Origin: a virus
Lineage: Duplodnaviria; Caudoviricetes
DNA length: 64,000 bases
Direction: 5' to 3' (one strand)
Virus record (IMG/VR): IMGVR_UViG_3300025137_005045
Shown here piece by piece: positions 55,790-64,000 of this stretch (position 1 is its first letter; every line of letters begins with the position of its first letter). A program made the position numbers and the translations under genes. The notes below the pieces were generated by a model. That model had not been told where the DNA came from. It saw nothing but the letters and a program-made list of their open reading frames with translations, and did no database searches.

Positions 55790-57772
55790 ATGGCATTAGA
55801 AGATGATTTAGATCCCAGGATATTGCGAGAGTTTATATCTCAAGTGCAAGATAGCGGAAAGATAACCGCTGAGCTTTCTGACGAGATAGCACAGTCTAGC
55901 AGTAGTTTTGCAAAATTTAGAAAAGCAGGACTGCAAAAGGCTGGTGACGGCCTTAAAGCTCTAGGTGGATCCAGTAAGGATTTGGCAACAGGACTCATTG
56001 AAGGTAAGCGTGGCTTTGATGCGTTAAATCCTGCAATCGACCTGGCCGCTAGTGCAATGAAGGGATTATTAGGCTTCATACCAGGAGTCAGTGCCGCTAC
56101 TGATCTAGTAGTTCAAGGTTCGAAATTAATGGTTGACCAGATACAAAAACAGGTCAACGGTTTTCAAGAGATCGGTGAAGTAGGTGCACTAGGAGCTAAA
56201 GGATTAGAAGGTCTTCAAGATCAATTTATAGCTTCAGGGCTTACCCTAGAAAGTTATACCAAGGCATTACGAAACTCATCAGTGGCACTGGCAAGATTCA
56301 GAGGACTCACAGGGGATGGTGCAGAAGACTTTAGCGATATTGTTGGAAAGTTAACTCAAGGCGGAGACCTCAGTCTAAGAAGATTAGGCCTTAGTGCTGA
56401 ACAACTAGGTGAAAGCACAGAAGCATTCTTATCACGACAAACTAGGTTAGGATTATCACAAAGATTAAGCAATCAAGTACTAGCACAGTCAACGACCACA
56501 TACATTAAAGAATTAGACATGTTGTCTAAAGTAACAGGAATGAATAGAAAGGATATTCAAAATCAACAAGATGCGGCCTTAAGTGAAACCAGATTCCGTG
56601 CAAGTATTGAAGGAATGAGAGGAACGGTTGAAGAAGGGGCAATCAATAGCATAATGAATTTTCAATCTACCATTAGCGGTGTAGATCAACAACTTGGTGC
56701 AGGTGTAAGAGATCTTGCAAGTGGATTTACAGCTACAGAAGCGGCAAGACGTGCTGAGTTTGTAACAGGTGGACAAGCTAGTAAAATTATGGATCGCTTG
56801 CGTAGAGGACAAATCAATGAATTACAAGCCAGAGAGCAGATGCAGACCGCTCTTAAAGAAAATAGAGAGCAAATAATATTTGCAGGTCGTGCGTTAGGAG
56901 ATACTAGTGGTATCATTGGAAATACCGCTGGACTATTTGATTTAATGAACCTCGAAATAGGTAAAAACGGTGAGTTAATAATAAAAGGTAGAAAAATACA
57001 ACAAGGACAGATGGACGGATCTAACGAATTAACTAATTCAGCAGTGGCCGCACAGCAATCAATTGAAAAAATGCAGATAGAAATGCAAAAGCTATTCTTT
57101 TTAGCAATGCCTAAAGCCGCAAAGACAGTTGAGTTTTTCTCAGGAAAATTAAAAGAAGGAATAGGAGCAATTTACAACAGACTTACTGGAACAGCAACTG
57201 ATCAGCAGAAAAAAAATATTGAAAATCTTATGCCAGGTGGCGGTAGTGGTGATATTTTCGGCTTTGACCCTGCACAATTTAAAGCATCTGCTACTACAAA
57301 ACAATCTACAACACAACCTATACAAACATTTGCTGAAGCACAAAAGAATTTATTAGACGCAAACGTAATTCCGCATGCAGACATAGCTAAAGTAGCACAG
57401 TATGAAGGCACAGGAACCGCTAGAAAAGTCGCAAATGCCAAAGATACTGATCTGGTATCTAGTATTTTAGGTGTCGACGCTACTTTGAAATATAATGCAA
57501 TAACAATTGGTGATCTTAAAGAAAAAATAGCCAACTTAGATGTCTCTGCCACATCAGGACCAAATCAAGCATATTCATCAATGACAGCAAGTTTAGACCC
57601 TAACTTATCACAACCAGAGACAGCAGATCCAGAATCTGTACAACAATCAAGATCAATGGACGAGCAAGTAGATTTATTAAAAGAAAATAATGGCAAATTA
57701 GATCAATTAATATCTCATGTAGCTACATCCAATAATATTAACAATAAAATATTGGGATCAAGTTATGCGTAA
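55790..57772 (+). CDS. Tail tape measure-like protein
   Basis: 660 aa, helical, Ala/Gly/Gln/Leu-rich with TMP-like N-terminus; next to the gp26-like chaperone. Confidence 0.65.
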   Translation: MALEDDLDPRILREFISQVQDSGKITAELSDEIAQSSSSFAKFRKAGLQKAGDGLKALGGSSKDLATGLIEGKRGFDALNPAIDLAASAMKGLLGFIPGVSAATDLVVQGSKLMVDQIQKQVNGFQEIGEVGALGAKGLEGLQDQFIASGLTLESYTKALRNSSVALARFRGLTGDGAEDFSDIVGKLTQGGDLSLRRLGLSAEQLGESTEAFLSRQTRLGLSQRLSNQVLAQSTTTYIKELDMLSKVTGMNRKDIQNQQDAALSETRFRASIEGMRGTVEEGAINSIMNFQSTISGVDQQLGAGVRDLASGFTATEAARRAEFVTGGQASKIMDRLRRGQINELQAREQMQTALKENREQIIFAGRALGDTSGIIGNTAGLFDLMNLEIGKNGELIIKGRKIQQGQMDGSNELTNSAVAAQQSIEKMQIEMQKLFFLAMPKAAKTVEFFSGKLKEGIGAIYNRLTGTATDQQKKNIENLMPGGGSGDIFGFDPAQFKASATTKQSTTQPIQTFAEAQKNLLDANVIPHADIAKVAQYEGTGTARKVANAKDTDLVSSILGVDATLKYNAITIGDLKEKIANLDVSATSGPNQAYSSMTASLDPNLSQPETADPESVQQSRSMDEQVDLLKENNGKLDQLISHVATSNNINNKILGSSYA

Positions 57773-57827
57773 TTGGTTAAATTATCATTGACTAGTTGAC
57801 TGGAATTTGCTAGTATGGTAGTATAAC

Positions 57828-57835
57828 GATAAATA
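57828..57835 (+). promoter_or_regulatory. Late promoter GATAAATA
   Basis: 26 nt upstream of the portal ATG. Confidence 0.6.
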
Positions 57836-57860
57836 TACGCTAAGACAAACGAGATTACTA

Positions 57861-59585
57861 ATGGCATCATACAAAAAACATTTTAGTTCAAGAACAGACG
57901 GCTCACTTAGCCCAATAAGTGGCATAAACACAGACGCATCCAGAGGCGGCACTTATAGTGGAGGTGATGACTTTGCATTTAGGAATTATCAATCCAGCTT
58001 ACCAGAAGTATATTCAGGACATCCAAACCGTGTTGAAAGATATAATCAGTACGAAGCAATGGATATGGATTCAGAGATCAATGCTTGCTTAGATATTATT
58101 TCAGAATTTTCAACACAGGCAAACGAGGAAAATAGCACAGCGTTTGATATTGAGTTTCATGACAATCCAACAGACAATGAAATTGCAATCATTAAAAAAC
58201 AATTACAGCAATGGACCAAACTAAACAAGTTTGATCAACGTGCATTTAAAATGTTTAGAAACACAATCAAATATGGTGATCAAGTATTCATACGTGATCC
58301 GGAGACATTTGAACTATATTGGGTTGATATGTCAAAAGTATCAAGAGTTATTGTTAATGAATCAGAAGGTAAAAAGCCCGAACAATACATAGTTAGAGAT
58401 GTTAATCCTAACTTTGAAAACTTAACAGTGGCCGCAAAAACAACACAGGATGTGGCGACAAATCCACCTAGTGCAGGAGCAGGATACTCAGCACCAAACA
58501 ATTATTCAGCACCTAATGCAACAGGCGGTGCAGGCGGAAGATTCCAAACAGCATTAAATGAATTATGTATTGACTCAGAACATGTCGTGCATTTGAGCCT
58601 TAGTGAAGGTTTAGACAGTGCATGGCCGTTTGGTACAAGTATACTAGAAAACGTATACAAGGTCTTTAAACAGAAGGAACTGTTGGAAGACGCACTACTG
58701 ATATATCGTGTACAACGTGCACCTGAACGTAGAGTATTTAAAATTGATGTAGGTAACATGCCTAGTCATATGGCAATGGCATTTGTGGAACGTATTAAAA
58801 ATGAAGTACATCAACGTCGTATACCAACAGCGGGTGGTGGTGCAGGTACCATGGATGCAACATACAATCCACTATCAATCAATGAAGATTACTTCTTCCC
58901 AACAACAGCAGATGGTCGAGGATCATCAGTTGAGGTATTACCAGGTGGACAAAACCTAGGTGAAATTGATGACTTAAAATACTTTAACAATAAACTATCA
59001 CGTGGACTACGAGTACCAAGTTCATACTTACCAAGTGGTCCAGAAGACTCAGCACAAGCAATGAATGACGGTAGAGTTGGTACAGCATTGATACAAGAAT
59101 ATAGATTTAATCAATATTGCATGCGTATGCAAAATCAAATTGGTCAGAAGTTAGATGATGAATTTAAAATGTTTATGCGTTGGAGAGGCTTTAATATTGA
59201 TTCAAGTCTATTCACTATTAAATTTAATCCACCACAAAACTTTGCATCATACAAACAAGCAGAGTTAGACGCACAACGAGTTAATGTGTTTGGACAAATG
59301 GAACAATTACCCTACATGAGTAAACGTTTTATGATGCAGAGATTCTTAGGTCTTAGTGAAGAAGAATTGTTACAAAACGAAAAACTATGGTCTGAAGAAC
59401 GTAATGAAAATGATAGCCAGTCAGTCAGCGGGTCAGACATGCGATCAGTAGGTATTAGCCCTGGTGGAATTGAAGGAGATCTTGATACAGGAGCGGAACT
59501 AGAAGCGGATCTTGATAATCCTGATATTACAGAACCAGATTTAGGAGGAGATGCACCAGATGCAGAAACTCCTCCAGGAACATAA
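57861..59585 (+). CDS. gp20: Portal vertex protein, T4 gp20-like
   Basis: YEAMDMDSEI, KQKELLEDALLIYRVQRAPERRVFKIDVGNMP, EDYFFP, GRGSSVEVLPGGQNLGEIDDLKYF. Confidence 0.95.
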   Translation: MASYKKHFSSRTDGSLSPISGINTDASRGGTYSGGDDFAFRNYQSSLPEVYSGHPNRVERYNQYEAMDMDSEINACLDIISEFSTQANEENSTAFDIEFHDNPTDNEIAIIKKQLQQWTKLNKFDQRAFKMFRNTIKYGDQVFIRDPETFELYWVDMSKVSRVIVNESEGKKPEQYIVRDVNPNFENLTVAAKTTQDVATNPPSAGAGYSAPNNYSAPNATGGAGGRFQTALNELCIDSEHVVHLSLSEGLDSAWPFGTSILENVYKVFKQKELLEDALLIYRVQRAPERRVFKIDVGNMPSHMAMAFVERIKNEVHQRRIPTAGGGAGTMDATYNPLSINEDYFFPTTADGRGSSVEVLPGGQNLGEIDDLKYFNNKLSRGLRVPSSYLPSGPEDSAQAMNDGRVGTALIQEYRFNQYCMRMQNQIGQKLDDEFKMFMRWRGFNIDSSLFTIKFNPPQNFASYKQAELDAQRVNVFGQMEQLPYMSKRFMMQRFLGLSEEELLQNEKLWSEERNENDSQSVSGSDMRSVGISPGGIEGDLDTGAELEADLDNPDITEPDLGGDAPDAETPPGT

Positions 59586-59588
59586 ATA
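59581..59588 (+). promoter_or_regulatory. Late promoter CATAAATA
   Basis: Overlaps the portal stop codon, 5 nt before 59594. Confidence 0.5.
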
Positions 59589-59593
59589 ATACT

Positions 59594-59815
59594 ATGACAC
59601 TAAACGAAATGTATGATAGAGCAGAACCAGGATACCAGAATGTTGAAAAAGACAATGGTAGGATTAAACTTGGTGATTTACGTAAAACTAAATTAACTCT
59701 AAAACAGTTAACCAAGCTAAGACAAATGAATGATATTCGTACATATGAACAAGAAGAAAAGCTAACTAAAGTAAGAAAACAGTACGCACCAGCACAAGAA
59801 GCACCAAGTTTCTAG
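59594..59815 (+). CDS. Small head-assembly region protein
   Basis: 73 aa between the portal and core genes; N-terminal LNE resembles gp21-type cleavage motifs. Confidence 0.7.
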   Translation: MTLNEMYDRAEPGYQNVEKDNGRIKLGDLRKTKLTLKQLTKLRQMNDIRTYEQEEKLTKVRKQYAPAQEAPSF

Positions 59816-59924
59816 AAAATACCCTAAAAATGGCCAGTTTTGGCCGAAAAACTCCACTATAATTCTCTTTACTATTAAATAGTATACTAGCCTTAGTAAT
59901 ACATATATATGGAGAAATTTTACA

Positions 59925-60848
59925 ATGGAAAATAAATTCGAACAACTTATTGAATTCATCATCAACGATGAAGAAGATAAAGCAAAAGAACTATTCCACG
60001 AAGTAGTAGTGGAAAAATCACGTGAGATCTACGAAAACTTAATGCAGGAAGACGAAACAGTTGAAGAAGCTGTTGAAGATATTGCTGAAGAAACAATAGA
60101 AGAAGCACCTGCTGATATGAAAGAAGGTAAGATGCCAAATAAAGAAGCAGTAATGAAAATGTGTAAAGAAGGCAAATCCAAAGCGGATATCTGCGAAATG
60201 CACAAAGATTGCGATCAAGGCAAATTAAAAGAAATGGTTGACGGTTGTATGAAAGAAATGAATGAAGCACCTGCTGATATGAAAGAAGACGCTGTCGACG
60301 AAATGTATCACGATAAAAAGAAACACATGGAAGATGAAGAATTAGGTGGCGATGCCGCTGACGACCTTATTGGCGAAATTGAAGCTGATGAAGAAGGTAT
60401 TGCTTTAGAAGATGAAGAAGCAGAAGAAGAATTAGAAGACCGTGTAGTTGATCTTGAAGACAAACTAGACGAGCTTATGGCAGAATTTGAAGGCTTAATG
60501 GCTGACGAAGAAGCACCAGAAGCTGAACCAGAAGGTGACATGGAAATGGAACCAGAAGCTGAAGAAGCTGAATCAGAAGAAGAAGCTGAAGAAGAAATGG
60601 AAATGCCAATGGAAACTACAGAAGAAGTTGCTGAAGAGCAAGTTGACGAAGCAGTTTCAATGAAAGCTGTTAAAGCTGATCATGCTGACCATACTGATAA
60701 CAAAATGTCTCCAACTCCAGCTAACGGTGGTGCTAAAGAAAAATTAGCAGATGCACATCCAGCTAAAGTTGAACAAGAAAAAGGTTCAGCAACACCTAAA
60801 GCACAAGACATGGGCGGAACTACAGCACCAGATCTTAAAAAAGTATAA
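59925..60848 (+). CDS. Acidic prohead core-like protein (gp67/gp68 position)
   Basis: Extremely Glu-rich 307 aa directly before the prohead protease; SD GGAG. Confidence 0.7.
   Translation: MENKFEQLIEFIINDEEDKAKELFHEVVVEKSREIYENLMQEDETVEEAVEDIAEETIEEAPADMKEGKMPNKEAVMKMCKEGKSKADICEMHKDCDQGKLKEMVDGCMKEMNEAPADMKEDAVDEMYHDKKKHMEDEELGGDAADDLIGEIEADEEGIALEDEEAEEELEDRVVDLEDKLDELMAEFEGLMADEEAPEAEPEGDMEMEPEAEEAESEEEAEEEMEMPMETTEEVAEEQVDEAVSMKAVKADHADHTDNKMSPTPANGGAKEKLADAHPAKVEQEKGSATPKAQDMGGTTAPDLKKV
60102..60288 (+). repeat. 25-bp direct repeat (60102-60126 and 60264-60288) flanking a 54-codon module
   Basis: GAAGCACCTGCTGATATGAAAGAAG twice, 162 nt apart (EAPADMKE). Confidence 0.9.
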
Positions 60849-60865
60849 TTGGGATTAACTAAAGA

Positions 60866-61492
60866 ATGACAACATACCTACAAGAACACCTGAACTTTAC
60901 AGCGGCTAATATAGTCACTGAAAGCTCAGAAGATGGCAAAGACCTTTTTATGAAAGGTATTTGTATCCAGGGTGGTGTCAAAAATGCTAATGAGCGTGTA
61001 TATCCAGTAACTGAAATTGAGAGTGCTGTTAAAAGTCTCAATGAACAAGTTAAAGGTGGATATTCAGTTCTTGGTGAAGTTGATCACCCAGAAGATTTAA
61101 AAATTAACCTAGATCGTGTAAGCCATATGATCACAGAAATGTGGATGGATGGTCCAAACGGTCATGGTAAATTAAAAATATTACCGACACCAATGGGTAA
61201 ACTAGTTGAAACTATGCTAGGTTCCGGTGTCAAATTAGGAGTTTCTAGTCGAGGGAGCGGTAACGTTTCTGAAGGCTCAGGACACGTCAGTGATTTTGAA
61301 ATTATCACTGTCGACATAGTATCTCAACCAAGTGCTCCAAACGCTTATCCAACAGCGATATACGAAGGACTTATGAACATGAAATATGGACATAAGGTGT
61401 TGGAAATGGCTAAAGAAGCTGGTGGAGATTCGAAACTACAGAGATATTTGAAAAGCGAAGTAACAAAGCTGATCAAAGATCTCAAGATTTAG
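60866..61492 (+). CDS. gp21: Prohead core protease, T4 gp21-like
   Basis: N.N.RVYP, GEVDHP (catalytic His), LGVSSRGSG (catalytic Ser), D.V..PSAP.A. Confidence 0.93.
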   Translation: MTTYLQEHLNFTAANIVTESSEDGKDLFMKGICIQGGVKNANERVYPVTEIESAVKSLNEQVKGGYSVLGEVDHPEDLKINLDRVSHMITEMWMDGPNGHGKLKILPTPMGKLVETMLGSGVKLGVSSRGSGNVSEGSGHVSDFEIITVDIVSQPSAPNAYPTAIYEGLMNMKYGHKVLEMAKEAGGDSKLQRYLKSEVTKLIKDLKI

Positions 61493-61501
61493 GAGAATCG
61501 C

Positions 61502-62593
61502 ATGCTAGACGTAATCAAACCATTGCTAGATAGCGATCTGATCAATGAAGAAACTAGGAAAGATATCCAAGAAGCTTGGGAATCAAAACTAGAAGAAACA
61601 AAAGATCAGGTTCGTGCAGAACTCCGTGAGGAATTTGCACAACGTTATGAACACGATAAAAGTAATATGGTTGAAGCGATCGATCGCATGGTAACAGAAG
61701 GTCTAACTACAGAGCTACAAGATGTGAAAACTGAAAAAGCTCAATTAGCAGAAGACCGTGTTAAGTTTAATGCATCAATGAAAGAAAACGCTAACAAATT
61801 TAATAACTTTATGGTTACTAAATTAGCGGAAGAAATCAAAGATCTTAGACAAGACAGAAAACAGCAAGATGCCACAGTTGGAAAACTAGAAGCATTTGTT
61901 GTTGAAGCATTAGCAAAAGAAATTAAAGAATTTGCACAAGACAAACAGGACGTTGTAGAGACTAAAGTTAAACTTGTTGCAGAAGCTCGTCAGAAACTGG
62001 AAGAACTTAAAACTAAGTTCGTAACAGAATCAAGCGAGAAGATGACTAATGCAGTTGCCAAGCACTTGAAAGCGGAACTCTCTCAGTTGCAGGAAGATAT
62101 CAAAGTTGCTCGTGAGAACAGCTTTGGACGTAAGATATTTGAATCATTTGCAAGCGAATTTGCTGGTACTCATTTAAATGAGAACGCAGAAATACGTAAG
62201 TTAATGGCACAAATGGAAGAAAAGAATCAGCAACTAGAAGAAGCAACCAATACACTCAACGAAACAAAACAGTTGGTTGAGAGTAAAGAACAAGATATTC
62301 GCATTATTAAAGATTCTAATGAGCGTACAGCAAAATTAGATGAGCTATTAAGTCCGTTAAACGACGAAAAAGCAGAAGTTATGCGTAATTTATTAGAAAG
62401 TGTGCAGACTAAGAAATTAGATGCCACTTTTAACAAGTATCTCCCAGCGGTGCTTAACGAGAATGTAGTGAAGTCTAAAAAAACGACACTTACAGAATCT
62501 GTTAAGGAAGTTACTGGGGATAAATCCAAGCCAGTTGAAGCAAAAGAAGAAAACCCACAAGTTATCGACTTACGCAAACTAGCTGGACTATAG
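61502..62593 (+). CDS. gp22: Prohead core scaffold, T4 gp22-like
   Basis: Coiled-coil Glu/Lys-rich 363 aa between the protease and the major capsid gene. Confidence 0.85.
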   Translation: MLDVIKPLLDSDLINEETRKDIQEAWESKLEETKDQVRAELREEFAQRYEHDKSNMVEAIDRMVTEGLTTELQDVKTEKAQLAEDRVKFNASMKENANKFNNFMVTKLAEEIKDLRQDRKQQDATVGKLEAFVVEALAKEIKEFAQDKQDVVETKVKLVAEARQKLEELKTKFVTESSEKMTNAVAKHLKAELSQLQEDIKVARENSFGRKIFESFASEFAGTHLNENAEIRKLMAQMEEKNQQLEEATNTLNETKQLVESKEQDIRIIKDSNERTAKLDELLSPLNDEKAEVMRNLLESVQTKKLDATFNKYLPAVLNENVVKSKKTTLTESVKEVTGDKSKPVEAKEENPQVIDLRKLAGL

Positions 62594-62614
62594 TATAGAC
62601 ATTAGGAGAAAATC

Positions 62615-63790
62615 ATGTCAAACGAACTACTTGAAAGCCGTTGGGGTGAGACCAAAGACGCATTATTAGAAGGTCTACAAGGCTCTAAACGCAACTCAAT
62701 GAGTGTTATCTTAGAAAACACTAAAAAGCACTTGGCTGAAGCATCAGTCGCAGGTACTACAACAGCTGGTAACGTAGCTACACTTAACCGTGTAATACTA
62801 CCTGTAATCAGACGTGTAATGCCAACAGTTATTGCTAACGAATTGGTTGGTGTACAACCAATGACTGGTCCAGTTGGACAAATTCACACATTACGTGTAC
62901 GTTACGCAGAAACAAACAATGCAACAGGTACAGCAAACGATGTAGTAGCTGGCGATGAAGCATTAAGCCCATTTAAAATTGCTACTGCTTATTCCGGTGA
63001 CGGAACTGCAGGATTAGCGGCTGGAACATCAAGTTTAGAAGGTGACGGTGGTCGTAAGATTTCTGTACAAATTCTCAAGCAAGCTGTTGAAGCAAAAACA
63101 CGTAAATTGCAAGCACGTTGGACGTTTGAAGCGGCTCAAGATGCTCAAGCAATGCACGGTATCGACGTTGAAGCTGAAATTATGGCGGCACTAGCACAAG
63201 AAATTACTGCTGAGATCGACCAAGAAGTTCTAGCTTCACTTAGAGCATTAGCGGCTACAGAAGAAGCATATAACCAAGCTACTGTATCTGGTACAGCTAC
63301 ATTCGTTGGTGACGAGCATGCGGCTCTAGCAGTTCTTATTAACAGAACAGCTAACAAAATCGCACAGCGTACAAGACGTGGTGCAGGTAACTGGGCTGTT
63401 GTTTCACCAGCCTCACTAACAGTATTACAATCTGCAACTACTTCAGCTTTTGCTCGTAGTACAGAAGGTACATTTGATGCTCCAACAAACACTAAATTCG
63501 TAGGTACTCTAAACGGTGCTATGAAAGTGTATGTTGATTCATATGCATCAGACACTACACCAGTACTAGTTGGTTACAAAGGTACAAGTGAATCAGACGC
63601 GGCGGCATTCTATTGCCCATACGTTCCACTAATGAGCTCAGGTGTTGTGTTAGATCCATCAACATTTGAACCAGTGGTGTCATTCTTAACAAGATACGGT
63701 TACATTGAATTATCAAATACAGCATCATCCTTTGGTAATGCAGGTGATTACCTTGGTGAGATTTCAATGGCTAACTTATCATTCCAGTAA
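62615..63790 (+). CDS. gp23: Major capsid protein, T4 gp23-like
   Basis: LAE/A maturation site, VQPMTGPVGQI, VEAKTRKLQARWTFEAAQDAQAMHG, FYCPYVPL, TRYG. Confidence 0.96.
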   Translation: MSNELLESRWGETKDALLEGLQGSKRNSMSVILENTKKHLAEASVAGTTTAGNVATLNRVILPVIRRVMPTVIANELVGVQPMTGPVGQIHTLRVRYAETNNATGTANDVVAGDEALSPFKIATAYSGDGTAGLAAGTSSLEGDGGRKISVQILKQAVEAKTRKLQARWTFEAAQDAQAMHGIDVEAEIMAALAQEITAEIDQEVLASLRALAATEEAYNQATVSGTATFVGDEHAALAVLINRTANKIAQRTRRGAGNWAVVSPASLTVLQSATTSAFARSTEGTFDAPTNTKFVGTLNGAMKVYVDSYASDTTPVLVGYKGTSESDAAAFYCPYVPLMSSGVVLDPSTFEPVVSFLTRYGYIELSNTASSFGNAGDYLGEISMANLSFQ

Positions 63791-63818
63791 GATATTATAT
63801 TACAGGAAAGTTAACATT

Positions 63819-63847
63819 AAAAAGCACTCTTCGGAGTGCTTTTTTTT
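63819..63847 (+). terminator. Rho-independent terminator
   Basis: AAAAAGCACTC-TTCG-GAGTGC followed by T8; UUCG loop. Confidence 0.92.
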
Positions 63848-63873
63848 GACTTAATAATTAATAAGTTAAAATA

Positions 63874-63960
63874 GATAAATAACAACATAAACGCAATTCG
63901 GCGTTTTATGCAGTTTTAACATTCTGCGTAGTAGGTAGAACCTACATTGGACTTCTATAA
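63874..63960 (+). promoter_or_regulatory. Late promoter GATAAATA and structured 5' leader
   Basis: Promoter at 63874-81; stems AAACGC/GCGTTT, TATGCAG/CTGCGTA and GTAGG/CCTAC before SD TAAGGAG. Confidence 0.55.
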
Positions 63961-63973
63961 GGAGAAATATAAA

Positions 63974-64000
63974 ATGGGTAGACCGATAAACAAGAGATTT
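63974..64000 (+). CDS. Start of the next late gene (MGRPINKRF..., 3'-truncated)
   Basis: ATG after SD TAAGGAG; runs off the window. Confidence 0.65.

Noticed and set aside
60420-60660. GAA-rich tandem repeat
   Set aside because: Low-complexity coding for poly-Glu in the acidic core protein, not a separate DNA element.
1-64000. Stop-codon reassignment (alternative genetic code)
   Set aside because: Core genes are full length in the standard code and end in TAA, TAG or TGA (for example TAG at 59815, 61492, 62593).

Overview
AT-rich fragment of a large T4-related tailed phage (myovirus-like Caudoviricetes), standard genetic code. Layout from left to right: (1) 1-20.5 kb, an accessory sugar and modification region. 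It has an epimerase, a DegT aminotransferase, several glycosyltransferase-like genes, dCMP deaminase, a carbamoyltransferase, a methyltransferase, an SGNH-fold protein and five tandem radical SAM enzymes. Most of it is one 18-gene overlapping minus-strand operon behind a late-type promoter. (2) 20.5-47 kb, minus-strand tail and baseplate genes including a 4461-aa giant virion protein and gp6, gp25, gp5 and gp53-like genes. (3) 47-53.1 kb, gp55-like late sigma factor, gp47/gp46 (Mre11/Rad50-like), two more radical SAMs and a short GIY-YIG nuclease. (4) 53.15-53.6 kb, a GC-richer, densely structured non-coding segment. (5) 53.7-64 kb, small genes, a gp26-like chaperone, tape measure, portal, prohead core and protease, scaffold and major capsid. 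Best leads: a candidate large ornate ncRNA with a pseudoknot directly behind a minimal GIY-YIG nuclease; two membrane-protein genes overprinted in the +1 frame inside radical SAM genes; a -1 slippery site fusing the gp26-like gene to the next ORF; and a duplicated 33/38-aa micropeptide bracketing a methyltransferase inside the radical SAM/carbamoyltransferase operon. All family calls are from motif recognition by eye. No database searches or folding programs were run.
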